A stretch of DNA of 57,101 nucleotides from an uncultured Pirellula sp. GTDB lineage: Bacteria; Planctomycetota; Planctomycetia; Pirellulales; PNKZ01. This document shows positions 36,591 to 44,026 of this stretch, one piece after another (positions within the stretch are counted from its first letter, which is position 1; each line of letters begins with the position of its first letter). The notes under the pieces were generated by a model. The model was not told the origin of the DNA and made no database searches. It worked only from the letters and a program-made list of their open reading frames with translations. The position numbers and the translations under genes were made by a program. The stretch covers positions 1 to 57,101 of the forward strand of contig CAZWDN010000003.1 of assembly GCA_964633125.1 (NCBI GenBank), written 5' to 3'.

Positions 36591-37082
36591 TCATTTCGAC
36601 GTCCGATCTTCACGTACGAAATGCCCGCTGCGCCCTCCCGACTTCTCTTCCAGCCGAACTGCGTCGATCGTCATCGTACGATCGACGGCCTTGCACATAT
36701 CGTAAACCGTGAGCGCCGCCACGCTCACCGACGTGAGCGCCTCCATTTCCACGCCGGTTCGCCCTGTGCAACGGACCGTTGCCTCGATGCCCAGCGTCGC
36801 GTCGTCGAGAAACGTAAAGTCCAACGTCACTCCGTCCAGCGGCAGCGGATGACAGAGCGGAATCAGGTCGCTCGTCTTCTTCGCGGCCATGATTCCGGCC
36901 AGTCGCGCCACTTCCACGACGTCTCCCTTGCGATGCCCGCGCGTGCGAATTAATTCCAGCGTCGCGGGCTGCATCACCACATGCGCGGAAGCCCGAGCAA
37001 CACGGACGGTAACCGGTTTCTCCGCCACATCGACCATGCGAGCCGCTCCCGAGGCGTCGAAATGCGTGAGCTCGTCAGTCAT
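36591..37082 (-). CDS. moaC: Cyclic pyranopterin monophosphate synthase MoaC
   Basis: [36 protein letters not shown] and KSGGRSG motifs. Confidence 0.97.
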   Translation of the reverse strand: MTDELTHFDASGAARMVDVAEKPVTVRVARASAHVVMQPATLELIRTRGHRKGDVVEVARLAGIMAAKKTSDLIPLCHPLPLDGVTLDFTFLDDATLGIEATVRCTGRTGVEMEALTSVSVAALTVYDMCKAVDRTMTIDAVRLEEKSGGRSGHFVREDRTSK

Positions 37083-37307
37083 AAGGCACATCCGTCGGGC
37101 AAGCTATCTGCACCGGTTATCGTATCGACCACGGAATCCGAATGAGCTTGTGAATTCTTTCACACACCACCCTAAAGGCAAAGGGGGTGCGCCGATGTTT
37201 GTTTGCTCGCCATGACGGAACTCCTAGCCGCAGCGACAGATACGACTTTCGCCAAGCACGGTTTATTGTAACCGTTGCCGGCACGTCGTCGAGTGGACGG
37301 AGGAGCG

Positions 37308-38507
37308 TTAGAAACTCGTTTCGCCGCGGAGCATCAGCGTATCGGCAGGGTCGAAGCCCGGATACCCGCTGCTGAATTCGATCGAACGGTCGAAAACCCA
37401 GCCGAGTTCGAAGCGCGCGTTGAGTCCGTGCGGAACTTTCCGCTCCCAGCCGACGAGCAGCCGAAGATCGGCGTAAGTCATCTTATCGGGAATGTCGCCG
37501 GGACGATCGATGGCCCACGTGTTTCCGCCAAACTCGCCGCCGACGTAGACCCAATGCTCAAGTTCACCATTGACGTACGTACGCAGGTAGGCTCGCGGCC
37601 GCGGAACGAGGATATCGAAGCGTCGATTCTCCGACGGCTTCCAAATGATGCCGCCGACGGGCACCGCGAGAAAATCGCTTCGGCCCAGATAAAGCCCGCC
37701 GACGACGACCTGCACGGTCTCCGTCCAGTTCCACGCCGCCAGGGCGCGCCCGGTGATGCGCCAAGCATCGCTGGAGTCGTTGTTCAAATCGCCGAAGTAA
37801 CTGGGAGCGATGGCCAAGTCGATCCCCAAACGCGGAGTCGCTTGCTTAAGGTAGCGAAACTCCAATTCGTAATCGCGCAGTTCCGACGGCACCGGCGCCT
37901 GCCCCGGTCCGTCGGTGAAATGCGCCGTGAAGGTCGGCGTAAAGAGAATGGGAGAACCTTTGATAAACGGCGGCAACGCAAACGTGAACTGATGCGAAAG
38001 TGAGGTCATGCCGAACCCGTCGGCGCCGAAACGCGGCAGGTAGGTGGCGCGCCCGAGGCTCTGCTGAAAGATGCCCGACTTTGCGCCGGGCGGAATATAG
38101 GTCGGCCGCAAACTGAACAGCGGAGCCGGAGGCGGCTCGGCGAGGAGCGTCGGTCCGGAGGGTTGCGGAACGGCGTAAGGGGGCAGCGGCACCAACTCTT
38201 GCTTGCCTTCGGCCGGCGGATTGAGCGAAATCAGTCGGGGCGTGACTTCCACCGGAGCTAGGCCGAGCAACGACGCGGGAGTTCGCGACGCAATGGCCTG
38301 AGCATCGCGCGGGGCGTCGTACCGGCTCGGCAAATTAAAGAAGGCGGCATCGCCGGCCGCGACGTCTTCGCGCCACGCGGAATGGGTCGGAATGGCCGTC
38401 GGCGGCCCGGAAAGTTGCGCTATTGCGAGGTCGCCGATCGCAATTTCCAAGAAACAGCAAGCCGCGGCAAACCATACTTTCGCCGATCGAAGAACGCCCG
38501 CGTCCAT
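37308..38507 (-). CDS. Planctomycete outer-membrane beta-barrel protein (DUF6268-like)
   Basis: Signal peptide, Pro-rich linker, amphipathic beta-strand pattern, C-terminal Phe. Confidence 0.6.
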   Translation of the reverse strand: MDAGVLRSAKVWFAAACCFLEIAIGDLAIAQLSGPPTAIPTHSAWREDVAAGDAAFFNLPSRYDAPRDAQAIASRTPASLLGLAPVEVTPRLISLNPPAEGKQELVPLPPYAVPQPSGPTLLAEPPPAPLFSLRPTYIPPGAKSGIFQQSLGRATYLPRFGADGFGMTSLSHQFTFALPPFIKGSPILFTPTFTAHFTDGPGQAPVPSELRDYELEFRYLKQATPRLGIDLAIAPSYFGDLNNDSSDAWRITGRALAAWNWTETVQVVVGGLYLGRSDFLAVPVGGIIWKPSENRRFDILVPRPRAYLRTYVNGELEHWVYVGGEFGGNTWAIDRPGDIPDKMTYADLRLLVGWERKVPHGLNARFELGWVFDRSIEFSSGYPGFDPADTLMLRGETSF

Positions 38508-38521
38508 ACTTCACCGCCTGC

Positions 38522-39745
38522 TCAGTAGGTGAAGCCGGTGCGAATCATGACGCTATCGTCGGGAGAGACGGAAGGCTGGCCGCTGAGATACAGAATGTCG
38601 CGGTGGAAAACGTAGCCGATTTCCGCGTGGGCACGGAGCCGAGGCCCCGTTCCTTCGACGCCGATGTAAATCCGGTAATCGTTGTAGTTGATGACGTCGT
38701 GTGCGCCGTTGGAGTGAGCGATGGACCACTGACCGCCGCCGTACTCTGCTCCGAGATAGCCCCAGATATCGTAGTTGTTCCAATTGGCGACACGTTGCGC
38801 CAGCTTCGGCTGGGGAAACAACAGTTCGAAGCGAGCGTCGTCGTGCGGTTTCCAGATGAAGCCGATGGCCGGCAGAATCTTGACGTTGAGCCGATCGAGA
38901 TACACAACGCCCAATACGCCTTGCAACTGCGGACTAAACGTCCATGTGCCGACGCCGCGCCCGAGAATACGCAGGCTCGTATGATCCGTGTAGGAGAAGT
39001 CGGAATAGACGCCGAGGCTCAAGGCAAGATCGGCGCCGAGTCGCTCATTGAACTGCGGCTTCCAGCTGAGTTGGCCGTAAGCGTCGTACACGGTGGGAGG
39101 AATGTCCGACGCGACCGGCCGGTTCGGTCCTTGAAAGAAATGGAAGTTAAAGCCCGGTGTAAAAAGAATCGGCGCCATGTTCGGGTTTCCGAAAAACGGA
39201 AATGCCAACGAGGTCATGAGGTCGAGGTCTTGAACGCCGAACGCATCGTTGCCGCCGCCGCGATTGATCCAGGTATAGCGCATGCCGATATTTTGAAACA
39301 GGCGCGTTTGCGGCGCAGTCCAATCTTGAAACGGATAGCCGAGTTGCGGCTGCGTCGGCTGTGTGCCGTAAGCGGGGAGCGCCGGTGGAGGGGCTGAGGT
39401 CGAACCCGGCAACGCGTAGGGATCCCATGTCGGCGCGAGCGACGGCGGAGCGCTATAGGGGGACGTGCTGAGCGACGGTGCGCCCGTGTTGGGCGCAAAC
39501 GTGCTCGCGGCGGGGGCAGGAGTCGTAAACGGATTCGCGGGTGAGGTCGTCGGAAACTGCACGCGCTGCGCGGCGGCCATGGGACAGATGACGAGCAGAA
39601 CGACCTTCATGATTCCGGCGACGATCGTCGCTCGGCACAACATCGGCGCGCGTCGACGCACGATCAGCTGAACCAGATTGCGTACGGGTACGCGCATGAG
39701 GGTGTCGTGTGCGAAATGGAGAGCCGCCCAAACGGCGTCGCCCAT
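38522..39745 (-). CDS. Planctomycete outer-membrane beta-barrel protein (DUF6268-like), paralogue; true start may be 39697 or 39643
   Basis: Same motif series as its neighbour (G.IWKP....RF....P.P, W.Y.G.E.GG..W.I, Y.D.R...G.E, D..M.R.G..aromatic). Confidence 0.6.
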   Translation of the reverse strand: MGDAVWAALHFAHDTLMRVPVRNLVQLIVRRRAPMLCRATIVAGIMKVVLLVICPMAAAQRVQFPTTSPANPFTTPAPAASTFAPNTGAPSLSTSPYSAPPSLAPTWDPYALPGSTSAPPPALPAYGTQPTQPQLGYPFQDWTAPQTRLFQNIGMRYTWINRGGGNDAFGVQDLDLMTSLAFPFFGNPNMAPILFTPGFNFHFFQGPNRPVASDIPPTVYDAYGQLSWKPQFNERLGADLALSLGVYSDFSYTDHTSLRILGRGVGTWTFSPQLQGVLGVVYLDRLNVKILPAIGFIWKPHDDARFELLFPQPKLAQRVANWNNYDIWGYLGAEYGGGQWSIAHSNGAHDVINYNDYRIYIGVEGTGPRLRAHAEIGYVFHRDILYLSGQPSVSPDDSVMIRTGFTY

Positions 39746-39958
39746 AAACTTTGCGGAGCAGGAAAGTTGGGGCGATTTAGATAATGGCGACGCACGTTTC
39801 GGTCAAGATCGACCGCCCATCACGGCCGGATTTGGCGACCTCGCCAGGGTGCCGTAACCGCGGCAAAACGCTGGCTCGAATCAGTAAGTTCCGTTACGAT
39901 AGCAGGCCTGTGCCGGCACTGACTGCCGCACGAATTCTTACTTACTAAAGGAGCATGG

Positions 39959-40609
39959 ATGACGACGGACCAAATCGCCGCCGATGCCGCTGAAGGGACC
40001 CCGCTCTCCGATATGCAAGCTCGCAAGAAGATCATCCGCGAGCAGGCCCACGCGGCCCGTAATGCCCTGCCGAACAAGGATGAATTGAGCCAGGGGATCT
40101 GCGAAAAGTTCGTCGCCCTGCCCGAATACGCCGCCGCTAAGACGGTGATGTATTACGTCGACGTCCGGAGCGAAGTTCGCACACGGCACTACCTGGCAAC
40201 GGCTCTGACGCACGGCAAGCGGATCGTGGTGCCCTATTGCGTCGACGGGGAGCTGGAACTGTTCCTGTTGGAAGACATGAACGAATTGGCCGTCGGCATG
40301 TACAAGATTCTCGAGCCGCGAGTTGAGCTGCGCGACCTTCCGGCCAAGAAGATTCGGCCCGACGAACTCGATCTGATCATGGTGCCGGGCGTCGCATTCG
40401 ATCGTCGCGGCGCCCGCACGGGTCACGGATTCGGGTACTACGACAAGCTGCTAGAACACTCGCGGATGGATTGTCCGCTCGTGGCCTTGGCATTTGAATG
40501 CCAAATGTTTCCGGAAATCCCGACGATGCCGCACGACATCTTCATGGACAAAATCATTACGGAATCCGCCGTTTACGAACGGCAAATTCCCGGCCGTCGT
40601 GGCGAGTAG
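39959..40609 (+). CDS. 5-formyltetrahydrofolate cyclo-ligase family protein
   Basis: EVRT, YKILEP, DLIMVPGVAFD..G.R.G.G.GYYDKLL and HDIFMD.IITE motifs. Confidence 0.92.
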   Translation: MTTDQIAADAAEGTPLSDMQARKKIIREQAHAARNALPNKDELSQGICEKFVALPEYAAAKTVMYYVDVRSEVRTRHYLATALTHGKRIVVPYCVDGELELFLLEDMNELAVGMYKILEPRVELRDLPAKKIRPDELDLIMVPGVAFDRRGARTGHGFGYYDKLLEHSRMDCPLVALAFECQMFPEIPTMPHDIFMDKIITESAVYERQIPGRRGE

Positions 40610-40692
40610 CGCGGTCGATTGTTCAACAGCCTCGGGTATACGCCCGAGGCTGTCGATAATCCAAGGTTTTCGACGTGGATTGAGGCAGCAAC

Positions 40693-41634
40693 ATGAGCGA
40701 CGAACGCTTCCAACGCTTGGTCGACGACACCTATGCCGAGGCCTTCCGTAGCATCTACGCGGAGGTACTGATCACGGCTCGCGATCGCACCTGGCTCGAC
40801 CACGCGGTACAAGCGGCGACGGGTAACGCCTCGAGCACGATTTTCTGCGACTGCGAAGCGGGGCTCGATCGCTACGTCGGCCCCGGCGGCGATGAATCGT
40901 TCGCCACGCCCGACGGCCGCCCCGGAGCGATCGTGCAATTCCACGTTCCACGCTTTCACAAAGATCGGGCCGCGAGACTCGAGCGTTCGTTGTTGGTGCG
41001 GCTGAGCCAGAACGTGCTCACCTGCCCGACGGCCGCGTGCTTCAACTTGCTCGACACGGAAGAGTATTTCAAGCTCGGTCGCAAGATTGCGTTCTTCGGC
41101 GACGGCCACCAAAAACGAGCCGTACGGCACGGCCGGCGAGTCTGGGTGATTCCGATTCTCGGCGGCGAGTTCATGCTCGACCGGCGCTTCGGCTTTCGCG
41201 ACGGTCTCATGGGAGGCAACGTTTGGTTTTTCGGCGATTCGGTCGATTCGGCCCTGGATGCGGCCTGCCGAGCACGTGATGCTGCGGCAGCAACGCCGGG
41301 CGTCATCCTGCCGTTTCCCGGCGGCATTGCCGGAAGCGGTTCGAAAGCCGGGAGCCGCTATTCGTTTTCTATCGCCAGCACGTACGCCGAATTCTGCCCG
41401 ACGCTGCGGGAAGAACTCGGCGAGCGCTCCAAGCTGCCGGCCGGAGTCGCTAGCGTGATGGAGATCATCCTGAACGGTCGTGATTTACCGACGATTGCCG
41501 AGGCGACGCGCCGCGCCGTGGAAGCGGCCCTCGACGCGCCGGGCCTGGTTCGAATTTCCGCAGGCAATTACAGCGGCCGTCTCGGCAAGAGCTTCATCTA
41601 TCTCTACCCGGAACGCCAACTCGCTGCGACATGA
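40693..41634 (+). CDS. ftr: Formylmethanofuran:tetrahydromethanopterin formyltransferase (Ftr/FhcD)
   Basis: DDTYAEAF, TPDGRPG, QNVLTCPT.A.FN, FGDG, PFPGGI..SGSK.GS.Y, EI..NG and ISAGNY.G.LG motifs. Confidence 0.93.
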   Translation: MSDERFQRLVDDTYAEAFRSIYAEVLITARDRTWLDHAVQAATGNASSTIFCDCEAGLDRYVGPGGDESFATPDGRPGAIVQFHVPRFHKDRAARLERSLLVRLSQNVLTCPTAACFNLLDTEEYFKLGRKIAFFGDGHQKRAVRHGRRVWVIPILGGEFMLDRRFGFRDGLMGGNVWFFGDSVDSALDAACRARDAAAATPGVILPFPGGIAGSGSKAGSRYSFSIASTYAEFCPTLREELGERSKLPAGVASVMEIILNGRDLPTIAEATRRAVEAALDAPGLVRISAGNYSGRLGKSFIYLYPERQLAAT

Positions 41635-41666
41635 CGCGAGAAGCGAGTTTGTCCTCTCGCGATAAG

Positions 41667-41695
41667 AGTCCCTTCGCTTGCGCATCGGGGCTAGT
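41667..41695 (-). repeat. Intergenic REP-like arm related to the 99-bp intragenic element
   Basis: Reverse complement actagccccgatgcgcaagcgaagggact matches the first 29 nt of the element at 26/29 positions. Confidence 0.7.
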
Positions 41696-41763
41696 ATATT
41701 GTTGCCGGCCGTGTCACGTGTTCAGCAGTCCGCAGTCCGCAGTCAGCATTCCACACTTTCTCC

Positions 41764-42531
41764 ATGCTTCTTGAACCGCATCGCCTGCGTCTGCCGGAGT
41801 TCATCTCACGCGTCGAATATGCGCAAACGCTCGATTCGACGAACGATGCGGCCCGACGATTGGCAACGGAGTTACCGCTAGGCACGGCGATGCTCATCGT
41901 CGCCGAAGAGCAAACCGCCGGGCGCGGGCGCGGGGCCAATAGGTGGTGGACCGGTGCGGGCAGCCTGGCCTTCAGCGTGCTTTTCGACCCCGGGCGGTTT
42001 CGTATCGAGCCGCGTTACACGGGCATGGTTCCGCTAGCCGCGGCGCTCGGCATCGTCGACGTCGTCACGCGACGACTCGGCAGCCCGGCCGTCGGAATCC
42101 ATTGGCCGAACGACGTCTTCATCGGGCCGCGCAAGCTGGCCGGCATCCTCGTGGAAGCCTTGAGCGACGGCAGGCAGATCGTCGGCATCGGACTTAATGT
42201 CAACAACTCCGTCGCCGCGGCTCCGTCGGAAGTGTCGCAAATCGCCGCGTCGCTCGCCGACGAACTCGGCGAACTCCTCGACCGCACGGAGTTGCTCGCC
42301 GAGTTGCTCGAAGCGATCGACGTCTACTTCGCAGCGCTCGGCGGCCAGCGCGAACGCTTGGCCGCCGAAGCCGATGAAGTATGCCTGCAAAAAGGCCGGG
42401 CTCTCACGGTACAAGCCGGCGACGATAAGACGACGGGGCTTTGCGCGGGAATCGCCGACGACGGCGCGTTGATTCTGGAAACTCCCGCCGGCACGCGCAC
42501 GATCTATTCCGGCGTCGTACTGAAGACGTAG
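41764..42531 (+). CDS. birA: Biotin-[acetyl-CoA-carboxylase] ligase without N-terminal HTH
   Basis: DSTN, AEEQTAGRGR..N.W, WPND, KLAGILVE, GIGLNV, and C-terminal GIADDGAL motifs. Confidence 0.9.
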   Translation: MLLEPHRLRLPEFISRVEYAQTLDSTNDAARRLATELPLGTAMLIVAEEQTAGRGRGANRWWTGAGSLAFSVLFDPGRFRIEPRYTGMVPLAAALGIVDVVTRRLGSPAVGIHWPNDVFIGPRKLAGILVEALSDGRQIVGIGLNVNNSVAAAPSEVSQIAASLADELGELLDRTELLAELLEAIDVYFAALGGQRERLAAEADEVCLQKGRALTVQAGDDKTTGLCAGIADDGALILETPAGTRTIYSGVVLKT

Positions 42532-42599
42532 CGCCGGGCACACCGGCCGGCTTACGTCGGCCGCTCCAAATTGAGTACTGCCGTACTTTACCGCCGGTA

Positions 42600-43943
42600 C
42601 TACGAAGCCAACAACAGTCGGCCCGGGACCTGGAGGTAGTTCTTCACTTCGTTGAGGAAGCGGGCCGCGGTCGCGCCGTCGATCAGGCGGTGATCGTACG
42701 ACAGGCTCAACGGCATCATCAGGCGAACTTCAATCTTGTCATTGATGACGACCGGCAGGTAACGCGAACGGCCGAGCAGCAAGATCGCGACTTCCGGCAG
42801 GTTGATGATCGGCGTCGAGTAGGTGCCGCCGATGGCACCGAGGTTGCTGATTGTGAACGACGCGCCGGTGTAGTCGGCCAAGCCGAGCTGATTGTTCTTG
42901 GCTCGATCGGCGATCTCGCCGACGGCGGCCGAGATGCCGGGAATCGACATTTGATCAACGTCGCGAATGACCGGAACCACGAGACCACGTTCAGTGTCGA
43001 CGGCGCAACCGAGGTTCACGTAATCCTTGTAGATGATCTCTTCCTTCTCGAGATCAAGCGAGGCATTGAGCGCCGGATGTTGGCGAAGCGACATCGCCAC
43101 GGCCTTCATCACAAACGGCAGCATCGTGAGCTTCACGTCGCCCGCGGCGGCTCCGGTCATGCTCCCCTTGCGCATCCGCTCCAACTCGGTGATGTCTGCG
43201 TCGTCGAAGTTGGTGAGTTGCGGAATCGTGAGGGAGCGGGTCATGCTGCCGACGATCGTCTTACGAACGCGCGACATCGGCTGCACGCGCACCGGACCGA
43301 ACTTGTCCTGGCCCGGCGTTCCTTCGACCGCGCCGCCTTTGCTCGGTTTGCCGGCGGGAGCAGCCTTCGCGGCGGGCGCCGATGTACTCTTGCGCACGGC
43401 GGCCACGATGTCGTCGCGCGTGATACGGCCGCCGGGACCGGTGCCCGTTACGCGACGTAGGTCAACGCCCAACTCACGGGCCAATCGTCGCGTAGCCGGT
43501 CCGGCAGGTGCGGCAAGTTCGGTCGATTCTTCTGCTTCGACGACCGGCGGAGCGACCGGCTTCGGCGGCGCAGCAGGCTCCGCGGCTTTTGCAACGGGCG
43601 CGGGGGGCGAAGCGGGAGCGGCCGACTTCGGTGCGGCGGCGGCAGGCTTGGCGGCCTCGGCCTTCGGCGGAGCGCCGGCGGGCTTCGCAGCCGCAGGAGC
43701 ACCGGCGCCGGCTTCGATCACCGCAATTGTTTCGCCGACCTTCAGCGTCTTACCGGCCGAAGCGAACAACTTAGAGATCTTCCCGGCGTGCGGGCAGGGA
43801 ATCTCTACCGTCGCCTTTCCGGTTTCCACTTCAATCAACGGCGTGTTCGCCGAGATCGTGTCCCCTTCCTTTACCAGCACGTTAACGACGTCGCCGGAGT
43901 CGATGTTTTCGCCGAGGTTGGGAAGCTTAAAGTCTATGGCCAT
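42600..43943 (-). CDS. aceF: Pyruvate dehydrogenase E2, dihydrolipoamide acetyltransferase (one lipoyl domain)
   Basis: Lipoyl motif VETGKATVEIP, E3-binding GTGPGGRITRDD, and catalytic SYDHRLIDG. Confidence 0.93.
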   Translation of the reverse strand: MAIDFKLPNLGENIDSGDVVNVLVKEGDTISANTPLIEVETGKATVEIPCPHAGKISKLFASAGKTLKVGETIAVIEAGAGAPAAAKPAGAPPKAEAAKPAAAAPKSAAPASPPAPVAKAAEPAAPPKPVAPPVVEAEESTELAAPAGPATRRLARELGVDLRRVTGTGPGGRITRDDIVAAVRKSTSAPAAKAAPAGKPSKGGAVEGTPGQDKFGPVRVQPMSRVRKTIVGSMTRSLTIPQLTNFDDADITELERMRKGSMTGAAAGDVKLTMLPFVMKAVAMSLRQHPALNASLDLEKEEIIYKDYVNLGCAVDTERGLVVPVIRDVDQMSIPGISAAVGEIADRAKNNQLGLADYTGASFTISNLGAIGGTYSTPIINLPEVAILLLGRSRYLPVVINDKIEVRLMMPLSLSYDHRLIDGATAARFLNEVKNYLQVPGRLLLAS

Positions 43944-44026
43944 AGGAGGAGGTTGTGAGACTTAAAATGTGAGTTGGGAGGGCGATGCAGAGCGTGACGA
44001 CTTACCTCACGACTCTGACCTCATTG

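Noticed and set aside
37083-37307. Moco riboswitch upstream of moaC
   Set aside because: Conserved Moco-motif elements were not recognisable; only a weak hairpin and a uORF were seen.
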